From positions 1 to 64,000 of the forward strand of contig NGBS01001192.1 in NCBI GenBank assembly GCA_002245135.1: a stretch of 64,000 bases of DNA. Reading direction: 5' to 3'. The notes beneath the pieces are model-generated. The model was not told the origin of the DNA. It did not search any database and saw nothing but the letters and a program-made list of their open reading frames with translations. The DNA comes from Proteromonas lacertae (Eukaryota). Shown piece after piece: positions 39,626-53,690 of this stretch. Within the stretch, counting starts at the first letter, position 1. Each line of letters starts with the position of its first letter. A program made the position numbers and the translations under genes.

Positions 39626-41354
39626 TTATTGCACTGCACATTCATCAGCTAGATTACTGGCATAATATTGCACAATTTCTTCTCTAATTCTACTACATAG
39701 CTCAACAGTCTTATCAATCTCATCCATCACTTCAGTTGTACTTTTTATTGAATAATTTGATTTTTGTGGTGTCTCAAGCAACTAATTGAAAATTAAAAGT
39801 ATTATAGTATACATCAGATGTAATAATCTTTCTACCACTCAATTTAGCAGATATTAAACTAGTCAATACTTTAATAGAAGAGATTAAAAACATTGTTTTC
39901 GATTTAAGTGTTTCAATCTCTATTGAGTTGGTTCTGATTGGTTCTGATGTTTTATATTTATTTGTTATACTTTCAGCTATAAGAAGTTAAACAGAATAAT
40001 ATATATATTATATACTTTTCAATTCTATATCATTCTCATTAAATTGAATTCTCAGCTTTTCTAACTCTCTTCGTAATTTATTATTTGAATCTTCTAAAGC
40101 ATTCATATTACTTTCAAACTATTATAAAAAAAGAATTAAAAAAAATAAATATACTTCATGATTCTTTGCAACAGATTGACTTAATTGTCTTTGTAATGAC
40201 TCTATTTTCAATAATAACTCTTTATTACCTCTTTCATTTAATCCTTTACTTATTACAGATATACTACTTGCAGAATTCAAATCTAATTTTAATGAATTTA
40301 TTAAATCTTCTTTTTCTTTGATTATTAGTTGTTGTTGTTGTATTTCTTTCATATAATCATTTTCATTCACTTTTAATTGTAATTTTAAATCATTATTTTC
40401 ATTTCTATATAATAATAACATAATAAATACTTTAATTTATTATTTTCATTATTTAATTCTTTTATTTTGCTATTACTTTGATTGTATAAATTAATGTATT
40501 TATTATATTGAGAATTTGTATCATTTGCTTCTTTTATTTGTCTTTCATAGTCTTTTATTAAATTATGCTGACTTCTACACTGTTGTTTTAACGTATTATG
40601 ATCATCACGAAATATATGTAACGCCTATATTTTAAATGGATAAATGTTAAAAATTATACTTGCTGTAATTCTTTGATATTATTTTTCATTTTATTATAAT
40701 TTGATTTGTATTTATTCTCCATATTGTAAAACTCTTTTTCTCTCTTTTTTAAAACAGTATTCTCTTTTTCAAGCATTTCTATTTTTTCATTCAAATTTTT
40801 GATTCTTTCGTCATCATCTGTTTCTTCACTATTCTCTTCATCAGTTGAATTACTAAATATTGGTGTAATGATTGATGTTTTTGTTAATTTTCGGTTTTGA
40901 TTTGAATTTGTTTTGTAACTGCTCTATTTCAGCTCGTAATCGAAGAACCTCTTTATTTGATTCTTCTCGAGTTGTTATTAGTTCTTTTTCTTTCTTTATT
41001 ACACTGCTTGCCAAAGATTTCGCTTTTTCTTTAAGAGATCTATATACATAATTATAAAAATATATACTGAATAGTGTCGTTATAATTTTGAATATCATCT
41101 TCCTCCAATTGACTTCTCAACCTAGATATTAGGAAAATAACATACATATCAATCTCTCTAGTCTTATCTTCTAAAGCTTGATTCTTTTGCTTCAATAATT
41201 GACTGTATACTATCTGACTATCTTTCTATTACATATAATCTCTAAATCATATACAAATGAGTTACTAATAGTTGGACTGTATCTATCTGAGTTAATTGGA
41301 GATACTGATGAAAAATGACGATGAAGTATTTCCACTTTTTGAGCTTAAATTCAT
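39626..41354 (-). CDS. Coiled-coil protein with CEP85-like C-terminus and CaaX (CAVQ)
   Basis: Multi-exon coiled coil ending SIKVLTSLISAKLSGRKIITSD|LLE...RIREEIVQYYASNLADECAVQ*. Confidence 0.65.
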
Positions 41355-41464
41355 TTTTTGAAAAATATATTCGTTTCAATATTTAAATATCAAGCCTCAA
41401 ACTTAGTACTTTTAAAAAATCATTTTTCTCTTCATACAAACATCATAATAAAATAAAATACTAT

Positions 41465-42811
41465 CTAAGTTACATTTTGTTTATTTGGAGATTGTTTTTG
41501 AATAACAGTCTGTCCTCTATTATATTGATCGTTTGCTTCTTCTAATAAACTCTCAGATATTGTCTCTAACTTCCCATTCACTCTCATAATCTCTAAAATC
41601 TACATATTTATATAATAATAATAATAATAATCAATATATATACATTTACACCCATTTCCATTCCAACTAAACACTTCAATTCTTCGATGTAAGTTGAATC
41701 ACCATTTAATTTCTCTAATTGACTTTCTCTCTCTTGACTTCGTTTAATAATCCTTTCACAATATGATTTGAGTGATTTTAATTCTTCTAATGGATTTGAT
41801 TCCAACATCTAAATACAAAATAATAGAAATATTTAAATATACTCTTCCTGACCTTTTAGTATACATTCCATCAGATTTATTATTTGCTTGACCACTTAAT
41901 AATGACTGTTTTAAATCATTTACACTATATATAATAATAAATATAGCAATTTATACGTTTGCCACAGTCTTTTCCTTTGTGTTGATTCATGTTCTAATTG
42001 CTTTTCTAATACCATTATTCTATTATTCAATTTCTTTATTTTCTTTTTCAATTTGTCATCTTCGTCATATATTTTCATTACAAATGGATATTCCGTTGTC
42101 AATTCTTCTGGATCTATATCACTTCTACATAATTATTATAGGAGAATAGACTATACTTTGGATTTGCTATTAAACCAGCTTTAACACATTTTGAATGTAA
42201 ATTTAAATTAATGGCTGATAATTTCTGCATTTCTCTTTCATAAGCTGTACATTTCAATGTTAATTCGTCACTCAATTCTTTCATTTCGTTGTATTTCTTT
42301 TTCCACAATACATGCTCATTATATTCATCATTTTTCTCTTCTTCATATTTATCTATTAGTTCTTTTTGTTTGTCAAATTTTGATGTGGTTAAATTGATAT
42401 GATTCTGAAGCTCTTTTATTGTTTTTGTTGTGTCATCTACATATTCTTGACTAGATTTCTTTAATTCATTTAATTCTTCTGTTTGATTCTAATATATAGA
42501 CAATTTAATAATACATTATAGTCACTTTTCATTTTTGCTAATTCATCTTTTGTTATTTGCAGTTTGTTCTTCAACTCTGAGTTTAGTTTACTCATCATGT
42601 GTTTCATTCCTCTTAATAATTTAATTTCCTTCAATTGTATATCTATTTCCTCTTCATCATCATCTATTGAATTATTTGAAGCTACAGATGTAGGAGAAGC
42701 CTTTGGTATAGAATTAACAATCTTATTAAGTTTTGATGGTACTGAAAAAGGAGAGGTAATCGGTGTGCTTGTATTACTAGTCTCAATATTTAATGTACTC
42801 TTCTTTGGCAT
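41465..42811 (-). CDS. Hypothetical coiled-coil protein
   Basis: ORF pieces 42470-42811, 42114-42308, 41920-42102 and 41608-41808 linked by short GT-AG introns. Confidence 0.65.
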
Positions 42812-42911
42812 GAAAAAATTTCAAATAAGAAAAACAAAACGAATAGAAAACGGATATATTTATAGATTTTGTTCCAATTTTTATTTTCCCCAAAATACAA
42901 ACAAGTAAATT

Positions 42912-43467
42912 CTATTCTTTTTTATCTTTCTTTCCTTTATTCTTTTTATTCTTCTCTCTTTGTTCCTGCATCAGTCTCAGCCTTTTTCCTTTCACCATTA
43001 AGTTGTTTATATATCCAAACAATATCAACATCTGAACGACCATTATTAAAAGTATTGGTAATGCATAAAACAATGTTACAAACATTCCATTATAGTCAAA
43101 ATAGTCTTGTGTAAATCCGAAAAACTCATAATGTTCACTAAGCATAGAAGAAATAATTATACTGTAAAAATCTATTTGTATATTGATTTAATAGTATTAT
43201 AGCAGCTTCTAAAATAAAGAAAAACCCTTGAATATAGTAATGATTTCTAACGATTAATAAAACTATCAAAATATACCTAAATAAAAGAACTAATATTAGT
43301 AATGTGAATTCTATAGAAATTCCAGCAATGATACCAGGATCTGACCAAGTTACTGCTGCAATTAAACCACGAATGAATTCATAGCTTTGTCTAAACATTG
43401 CTTCAAAAGAGAAATTAGCAATTTCCTAAAATTAATTATAATTTCAATTATATACCTCTTGTTCCAT
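42912..43467 (-). CDS. TMEM18: Transmembrane protein 18
   Basis: AVTWSDP...TQDYFDYNGMFVTLFYALP...MVKGKR and a basic tail. Confidence 0.85.
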
Positions 43468-43611
43468 TAGATAATCAAAAAGAAAAAATGAAATAATCAA
43501 GCCAAAAAGTTTGTTATTCTATTATGAATAAATGCTATTATACAACGATATAACACCTCAACAACATATTATAATACAAAATACAACATAAAATAACAAA
43601 ATCATTACATT

Positions 43612-46600
43612 TTACAATAAATCATTACTTTTCAACAACAAACATAACTTAATCAAGCATTTCTCTCTACTTAATCCTTTCAAATCTCTCCACAAATCGA
43701 CATAGTAACTATCATACTTCATATCAACATATAAATTATAATCAAAATCACCATATTTGTATTGATGATAATATCCAAAAATCATACTCTTTAATCTGGT
43801 TATTTTCTCTAAATTCTCAACAGTAAGGTGTTTCTTCTTAATACTATCTAAATCAAAACTAAGTTGTTTCTTAATTTTCAAATTAATTAAATCTGTGGAT
43901 GTTAAGCTTAAATTGATAGCTGGTATATTCAAATCTTTTACATTTGTATCTTTTGATGTTGAATCCAATAACAATATACCTTTCCTTTTATTAAATATTT
44001 CTTCATTCTCTTTCTCACATTTCAATGTATAATGCAATTCATTCAAATTCTCAATCCATTTCATTTTTTCCTTTCCATTTTTACATTTTATTTTATATTC
44101 ATATTCATCTACATTTATTAAGAATTCAGTTTCACTTTCTTCTTCTTCTTCTTCTATTTCTATTGAATCTAATTGTATTGTATCAATTAATGATAATTTA
44201 CGAAAGAAACCTTCTTCAGAAATTAATAGATATTTCTTCAACAAAAAGCAGTTATAATCTCTATACTTATTATTGTTAGCATCAAATATAGACAATGTAT
44301 CATCAATTATAACAGTATCATTCTTTATTATATATTCTGATATATCAGTCTTGAATTTTAACTTTAATTCATTTATTTCTATTTCTTCAGAATATAATTT
44401 TAAATTATTTTTTAGTTTTTCAATTACTTCTTGCAAATCAACGACAAATTTGTTTTTATTTTCATTTTTATATTTATAATTTTTTACTTTATTATAAAAA
44501 ACAACCCATTCTGTTGAAAATACTTCAATTTTGTATTTTTTACTCAAATACTCATTATATTTGTTTAGTAATTCTATTAACATATTTCTTTCCTTTCTTA
44601 ATTCTAAATAGTGACTACAGCTAATGCTATAACTACATAAATCCATTGCTTTTACTATAAACTCAATTTTCATCTGCATTTCATTATAAAATATATCATA
44701 AATAGTGAAATATATATTCCAATATAATTTGGCATAAAACTCTTTGATTATTTCTTCATTATAATCTGTTGTATATTCATAATAACGATTCTCAATCTAT
44801 TATAAATAATAAAAAATATATATATAGCAAATACATTTGTCGTTATTAAAGCTAAGCAAGTGTTAATATACAATTCCAAATCATGAGATTCAATTTTCTC
44901 ATTCTCTTGTTTGCTCAATAACAATTTCTGTTCTCTTAATGATGATGATGATGGAGATAATGGTGAAGTAACACTTTCATTATTATCATTTTCACTATTG
45001 TTATTTTGTTTTTTATTCTTTGAATTTTTTGCTGATGATGAATCTATTGTATTTCTAGGTATTTTAATCTCATTGGTTGTTATTTTATCATATAAATCAC
45101 CTAACATCTCTCTTGGTAAATCATTTCCATTATCAATACCACGATTTTGACTGATAAATTCTTCTCTTTTCATTTTTCTATCTTTTCTTACATTTGGATT
45201 ATGCGCATCTGTATTTAACATGATAGTGGAATAAGCTAATACCATTACAGTATCACTGTTCTTATATTCATTTGTATGCTCTTCATAATAATCTTTAGCA
45301 AAGGCTTCAACGAATCTTTCGATCTTTTGACTTTCACCTGGTAATCTATAAACAATAAATAATAAATAATAATATATATACTTAAATCCACCTTGAGTTA
45401 ACATAAATCTCAAACCTTCCTCAAATGTTTTACTTGCATAATTATAATCCAAATACATTTCTCTAATTTTCGTATAGAATTTACTTTCTTCTTCATTATC
45501 ACCTGGTTCACCTAAATAATCACCTAATGCTTCATCATCTATTTCATTTTGATATAATCTCAGAAACTTTACAATTTCTTTTTCATTCTTATCTATCATT
45601 CCTTCTCTGCTTAAATATTCTATTCCTTTTTCACATTCTTCTTTTCATTGATTATTTTAAGTGCATTAATGATATAAATATCATTATTTATTTCTGGATT
45701 GTCATCTTTACTGTTATTATTGTCTTTGGAAGGTAAATCTAAGCCGAAATCATTGAAATCGATTGTTTGACGTCTTTCACTGACTCTTATTGATTGATAT
45801 CTGATTGATTTTTTATTACCATTTACAGCATAAGAAGTATTCTAAATAAAAACATTAAAGAAATATAAATAAAAATATAAATATTATTATATACTGAATG
45901 GGGAATATTTATGATTGAGTTATTGAGGTTATTGATTCTCTCATATTCATATGTTCCACTTATATTCATTATTAGTTTAGTAATTACTGTTATATAGTCA
46001 ATACTATTTTCCACTAACTCGTTTACATCATCTTTTTCTACACTGTCATTGTCATTGTGAATATGATTATTAATTTCACTTATTAAGATAGAAAAACTTT
46101 CAACAGATTCAATTAATAAACTACGAATTAACTATTTATATATATAACAACATAATCATATATATATATATATACTCCTGCATTATCATAATTGAGATAT
46201 ATCTCCAATACATTTGATGGTATTTCAATTAAATCTAAAAAGTAACTATTTATTACCAATTTATCAGTTATATTTAAAGATTCTTTACATATTAACATCA
46301 TTTTACATAAACTTAATGATAAATAAGTAATTTCTATTCTAAATACTTTTCTATAATCATTAAATAATAATTTTAAAATAGATATTAATCCATTGATGAT
46401 TCTTCCACTAACCGTTGAATTACAGAAGATATTTTCCATTAATAGTGGAAAAATAATGGAGTGGAAAATCTCATTTCCAACTGAACCATATTCAAATATT
46501 TCATAATACTGTCTCATTATATTAACAATCAATTCCATACCTAAAACCCTGCATTCTGATTGGTTAATAATCTCTGGATATTCCGTTATTGGTATTCTTA

Positions 46601-49600
46601 GTAAAGAAATACATTCTAACAAATAATAATAAAATATTTGACAATTATTATCAGAATTTTTATTGGTTATTGGTATTATTTTGTTGATAAATTCATTGCA
46701 ATTAATAGCGAAACTTCTACTGCCAGTTGGATAACAATGACAGTGTTTATAATACTCGTGAATTTTCTATATAAATAATAATTAAAAGAAATAATTATTA
46801 TACTTTCTTTTTATTTATATCACACTCTATATGAATTAACATATTATTATCTATTGTTGCTGGAGTAATTAAATCAATCAAAAAATTCGTCAATTCATCA
46901 CATATAATGGAATTGTGATTTTTATCTTCACAAAATTGATTATTAATCGTGTAGAATGTTTCAAAAAGTAAATGAAATAATGAATGAAATGAAAATACGT
47001 TTATAATATCTTTCTCTTCAATTAAACATTCTACTGTAAATCCAGTGATCTTTGAAATTAATATATAATGATATTCTGTTGAATCTATTTTATTATTGTT
47101 TTTTACAGTGAAAGTCTCATCAGGAACACATATTAAAGTTGTTATTCCTACACTAACTATATCCACAATTAAGTCTAACAAATGATTACCATTTTGTGTT
47201 TCAATTTCATTTAATAATTTATAAGTTAAAAGATCAGTAAAGTAATTAATAGAATGAATTATTAAATTATGATCATTAATAAAACATAATTGTAAAAATG
47301 GTTTGATGGAGTTGTAATCTAATTTAATTCCAGTTTTGTAATTGTCAACAATTATATCATTTTTCTCTTTATCTAAATAACTATCATCTATTGTAGATGT
47401 GAATCTAAACCTATTATTATCTCCACCACCACTCTTTTTATATTTATTTACACTGTCAGAGATTATTGTTCTAGATTCTAATTTTTCACTATAATACAGA
47501 GGATTATTATTACTCCTTTTATATTTACTAATATTATTATTATCGAAATTCCTCAAAGTAGAAGAAATTGCTACAGAATTTGATTTTTTAATTAATGAAC
47601 CAAATTGATTACCATTTTTTAATTTATAATCCATACTCTTTGCTGATGGATTATTATTATTATTATTTCCGTTCAATTTCACTCTCAGTATTACTCATCT
47701 CATTATAATCATCATTATCACTTACTGAAGAGACAGTAGTTGTGGATGTTGTAGTTGAATTATTTCTCACTAAACTATTCTCATTTTCACTATTATTATT
47801 TGACTTGTGATGATGATGATGATGATGATGATGATGGTGATGGTGGTGATGTTTCTTTTCTTCTCTTTTACCACCAAATATATAGGGAATAACAGGAGGT
47901 AAATCATTGTTACTATTCTCTTTATCTTTATCTTCAATAGAAGTAGTGGAATGTCTTCTATATTTCCTTTCTTTTGGTGATTTGATTGGTTCAAATGCTG
48001 AGGTTGATTCACTAATAACTATATTTGTACCAGTTGGTGTATAACTTGTACTACTACCTGTTCGAGGTGATAATGCACTTAAAGGAGTGGAAGCTATAGA
48101 TATATCATTATTATTATTTATGAGGCTTGAGGAGGTTTGACTGTTTGTGTGATCATGATGATGATGGTGTTTATGGTTATTTTCATTATTTTCGTTGTTA
48201 TTTAGTTGAATTGGTGATATTTCATCATCTGGTGATGGTGATTTGGATGATAATTCGATTGGAATGGATGAACTTGTTTGGAATACATTGAGATTTTGAG
48301 AAGATAGATTGATAGTAGGAACTGGTGGAATAATAATATTATCTTCATCATTCATTTGTTCATTTGTTTCTTCTTTTTTTTCTTCTTCTTCATTCTTTTC
48401 TTTTTCTTTTTCTCTCATATTCTCCTCCTCTTTTACTTCTTGTTGATTTTCAACTTCTTCATTATTTTCCTCCTTTTTATCTTCTTCTTTCTTTATTTGT
48501 ATTTGTATTGTTTCCTTTGGTGTTGATGGTGATATATCATCATCATTCTTCATTCTCTTCCATTATTGTATCAATTACATTTTCTTGCTCATTATTAGTG
48601 GTTTGAAAATCAAATGTCTGTACAGTAGCATATGGAGTGTTAATATTGTTAATTTTGTTATTATTATTATAACTATTATTATGATTTGAACTATCTATAG
48701 GTGGTAAAAATGATAATTGCAGTTTTTTAATATCATATCGAAGTTTATAACTATCTTCCTTTTTTATTGGAGAAGATGAGGTTTGATTCTGGTTTGATGA
48801 ATTATTTTCATTTTCTGAGTCTATTGACTTACTTTTGACGAATTGTAGTTGTATTAATCTTACTGAAATCAATGTAATAACAGAATACATAGTTTATTTT
48901 ACTGTTCTTCTTGAAATTAAGTAAAGTCGATCTACCAGTAGGCGAGTGAAAATTTCCTATATAACCTTCTGGAAGATTCATAGTACTATCAATTAAATCT
49001 ATATCACATATTCCACAACCAATTTCTTTTCTAATACACATTAATAGCCTTTCTTTAGTGTTATTTCCATGATATATATTACTAACTCCACTGACTATAG
49101 TATATCCATTTGGCGGAATCTCTTTTTTATCAGGATAGATGAAAGTAATTCCTGTAATTGGATTTTCTTTGCCTTTCTTTATACATATATCTATTTTATC
49201 AAAACTAATCTATATAATATAATCAAAATTAAGATATACAGATGTTCTAAACTGATCAGTTATTAAACTATGATAATTAGGAGGAATAATTTCACCCTAT
49301 AATATAATAATAAATTGATTAATACATACTTTAGGAATTAAAAGAATGTCTGTGATATATGGACCTTCCTTTTTATCAATTAATGGTCTATATCTGTTAT
49401 ACTCTATTTTTGGAGCTTTTAATTCTTCATCAATACTTTTACCGCTCAATAGATCTGTTACTTCTGTTAAAAGACCACGTAAATTCTATTAATATTTCAA
49501 TCTAGTAAAAATACTGGCTTTCTTCGCAATTTAGATGATAAATTCTCTAGAGCATCTTTTGTTATTTCATTAAATTTTGCAACTAAGATAAAATACATTC

Positions 49601-49625
49601 TTCTTATACATTTATCATCATCCAT
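43612..49625 (-). CDS. Sec7 ARF-GEF with MABP-like N-terminus, HUS-like motif, PH-like and ACBP-like C-terminal domains
   Basis: Sec7 GDYLGE, GF|RLPGESQKIERFVEAFA, LAYSTIMLNTDAHNPNV, NRGIDNGNDLP; YLNYD; several 1-nt frameshifts in low-complexity parts. Confidence 0.85.
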
Positions 49626-49794
49626 AAGAATATTTAGTATTTAAAACCTTCCACCAATTTGTGCTGGCAATATGGTTTGTCAATATTAAATTTAACCTCT
49701 CAAAAGATTAATGCAAAATTTAAAAAAAAACACTTCACAAAGTTTGAAACACCAATTTTATAGCCGTTTTATTATTGTTTTTAATTTTTATGCA

Positions 49795-51664
49795 ATGAAT
49801 ACGAATCCTATGTATTTAAAATATCGCGATAAAAGTCCTACAAGATCAGCTGTATCAGAATCTTTAGCAAAATCGAGTAGTGGTACTCCCATCGTTATTT
49901 CCACTTCTTGGTGTCCTGTCATCACCAAAACTGGTAAAAGTTATGTAGAGAATGTACAAGTACGTCCAGTTAAACCTAAAGATGATGCAGTCTTTTCAAA
50001 ACTAGAAGGTGAAGATGAAGACAAAAAAGTATCATTTAGATTCGTTCAAAAAGTTAAACCAAAACCTAAGAAGAAAAAAGACTCAAAACCAAAAATAGAC
50101 AGTTGTTCTTTAAATAAAGTGAGATGTGGTTTGTGTGAGTTTCAATATCCTCGTGAATCGTTATGTGGAATAGCAACAATGAGCGGAATATGGAAATTAC
50201 GAGAAAAATGGGGTATGCCTTTACCTGTAACTAAATCAAAGTGGAAGATTGCTTATTTATATTCACAAGTAAAGATATGTAGATTTTGCATGCAATTATT
50301 CGAGCCAAATGTATATCCTGTAATATTACCAGATCCGCCATCTATTTTTACAACAATTAATCCACATCCAGTCAAAATTATACCACCAGCTAGACCAAAC
50401 ACTCATCAAGCCATCATCAAATCAAAATGAATCGCTACAACCTAAGAATAAGAAACTAGAAAAAACAGATTCAGAAAAATTTGATGATTATTTCTACAAA
50501 TTAAAAAAAGCCAAAAAAACATATTTTAAATTTTTAGAACAGTTTACTCAGAAAACCGAAACACCGGATCATTATATGAGTGATAAAATAGACATACCTG
50601 ATGAAACAGATTTAATGAATTATGTAATAAAAGATATAAATAAAATCCCATCTCCGTTTTCAAGAAAAGTAGCTTTAAGTTATGTTCCAAAAGTAGAAAA
50701 AGATGATGATATTGAAGATAATGTACATAAACATTATGGATTTACAGATAAATATAATATATTAGAAAGCAGTAAGAATAAAATAGATAATAATAATAAT
50801 AAAAAGAAAATATATGATAATAGTGAATATAGTGATGATTATTTAGATAGATTATTACAGAATAAATCACCTGTTGTTTCACCGAATAGAAGAAAAAGAT
50901 TCGTTACAGTGAGTGAATTAGAAAGTGAAATTAATAGTAATAATAAATTATTAAATGTTAGTAGTGATGATGAAGAAAATGAAAATGAAGAAAGTGATTA
51001 TATTAAAAATAGAGTCGTTTCATCTGAATCTAAATTAGATCCACCTGTTCCTAAACCTCCATTAGCTTCAAAACCATTGGATAGAAAAAGAATTAGACCA
51101 AAATCTGCTTATCCTTCTATCAATGGTAATATTAAACATACAAATCCTAATATTATACATAGATATATGAAACCTACTATATCGAGGAATATTCAATTAT
51201 CTTATCAACAATTACAACAACAGGAGATGCAGCAAAATCAACAACAGTTTCAATATAATAATAAATTAAAGCCAAGACCATTATCAGCAAGAACTGCTCA
51301 TTCAATAGAGAGTATTAACGAAAATGAGATTAATAGTCGTCCAGAATCAGCGAGGAATAGGATTACTGAAAAAAAAAGGGTCAAAAATACTCATTTATTA
51401 TTTAATAAACAGCGACCTGAGTCTGCTCAAGTATATCGATCAAAACCTGTTGTGAAGTCAAGTAATCGTCCTGAGTCTGCACAAGTGAGAAGTAGTAGAG
51501 GAAATGAAAAGCATCCACCGTTGTATCCCTTTAGAGAAGCTGTTGATTATTATCATAAGCCAAATAATGAAGAAAGGTGTAGTGATATTGAAGCTATCTA
51601 TATTGGAAAATCTAATAAAAGTAAAAATGATAAGAAAAAGAAATATAAAACCCCATTTCAATAA
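49795..51664 (+). CDS. Hypothetical protein with a CxxC...CxxC motif pair and repeated RPxSA motifs
   Basis: CGLC...CRFC in ORF 49711-50430. A shifted frame from about 50415 runs open into ORF 50576-51664 (RPKSA, RPLSA, RPESA x3). Confidence 0.65.
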
Positions 51665-51837
51665 TTACTGTGTTATTTAATTGTATTTGATTTTTATCTG
51701 TTTAATATTCTTTTATTTCATTCCATTATAATGTTTTCATACTGCAAAGTGACTGTACTTTCGTTCATAAATTAAAATACAAAATAAATACAAAAGAATA
51801 CGTGTATTTCTCATCAATACGTTGTTTTGTTGATATA

Positions 51838-53572
51838 ATGAAAACGGTGTTGATTTTAGCAGTAATAATAGCATCAATATACGCAGCTTGTCCAAATTCA
51901 TGTTCTGGACGAGGTGACTGTAATAAAGATACAAATATCTGTAAATGTGTGGATGGTTATACAGGCCCAGATTGTAGTTTAAGTATATTTCATTTATCTA
52001 TATTAATATAATAGTGACATGTCCCTATGGTTATAGTTACACTGATTTAGGTGATAAAGGAGAAGTTGAAGAAGATAAGATAGTAATAATAACGATAGAA
52101 TGTTAGAAGAAGAACAGACTGAAACTGCAGAAGAGTATGATTTTGCTAATAGTACAAAAGTTGATAAAGATATTACTATTAAAGGTTTTGGAAAAGCAGG
52201 AGGAATATTGTTATGTGGTAAAGATAATGTTGATGTAATATATTATGACAGAAAGACAGTAATAGTTAGAGATCATGGAAATAAAGAAGATGATTATTAT
52301 AATAATATTACATGGTCAAGTTGTAGAATTATGTCAAAAAGAAATGATCTATCAATGATAAAACCGTTATTATTTAAAGATAGAAAATCCAGTTGGATAG
52401 ATGAGAGTGATTTAAACCATTATGGTGTAACTGGAGGTGTATTTGATTTGGTTTGTACTGTTGATAATACTAAGATGTTAAATATAGCAAAGATAGAAAT
52501 AATTCAGCTATATTCATAAAAGCTACATTCAATATAACAAATGATGAAGGAAAATGGGTAACTAAATCAGATACCACTAGAATAGGCGTATGTTATCCAT
52601 TAATTGGATTAGATAATAGAAATATATATATAACTAATTCTGATGTTTATAATACATTGATGTATAGTGATAAAGGTAATTATTACTTTGGCGTAAAACC
52701 ATCAGAAGGTGTTCAAGTTAGTTTGAATGACAAGATTTAATAGATAATGATGGAGAATTAATTAAATTACCAGATGAACTAGTTCCACCTTCCATTCAAC
52801 CATATGTAGTTAAAGGAGCAACTTTACATTTAGTATTTACACCAACAACTAGATTGTAATGGTAATTGTGTTGTAGTTAATTTTTATACTGAAATTATTT
52901 CTATAAATGATACTGAAAAGTTTGATGATGGTGAACCAACTCAAGAAGATGATTCAACAAAAACTGATAGATTATTATACGAAAGAGAATTAAAACAAGT
53001 TGAAGGAAAAGTATTAACTTTAGATCCAACAATTCCAGAGTATTTAATATCAAAAGAGTATAGTATGGATTTAATAATATTGAAAACAATGGGCTTCACC
53101 TCACAGTTATGTAGAGTGTAGTGATAATGGTGTATGTGATAGATCAACAGGTTTATGTAAATGTAATGAAGGATTTACTGGAGTTGCTTGTCAAATCTTA
53201 TCAAACTGTCCAAATAATTGTAATAATTATGGCCGTTGCGTTGTGATTGATAAAGCATTAGGAGGAAATGATGAAGATTTACCTGGTTGGGCTGGTCTAA
53301 GTACTGAAAAAGTATTATATGGATGTATATGTGATGCAGGTCATAGAGGTGCAGATTGTTCATTATTGGAATGTCCATCATCTGTTGATCCACAAGGAGC
53401 TACAAATGAATGGGAATATGATAGAAGTCTGCAGGATTAATGCAACCTAAAAGAGGTGGAACAGAGAGATTGTAGTGGAAGAGGTTTATGTAATTATGGA
53501 ACTGGCACATGTACTTGTTTTGATGGATTTAAAGGAACAGCCTGTGAAGAAATGTCACTGTCACTCATGTAA
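51838..53572 (+). CDS. Stramenopile tubular mastigoneme-type protein (Sig1/OCM1 family), with several frame disruptions
   Basis: Signal peptide; ACPNSCSGRGDC...GYTGPDCSL; ECSDNGVCDRSTGLCKC; YGCICDAGHRGADCSLLECPSSVDPQG; RDCSGRGLCNYGTGTCTCFDGFKGTACE. Confidence 0.8.
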
Positions 53573-53690
53573 TTATTTTTAGAGATTTATTCTGCTTTGT
53601 GCATTTATTATATTACTTTATTATTGGTGTTTTTGCTTTGATGAAAATGTTAAAACTCATAATAATTATTCTCCTTTGGCTTGAAGTATA

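Noticed and set aside
45650..45675. ATATCATT donor-like sequence before the Sec7 domain as another U12 intron
   Set aside because: The AG-ended splice options I tested create TAA; one added A gives the expected KKGIEYL.
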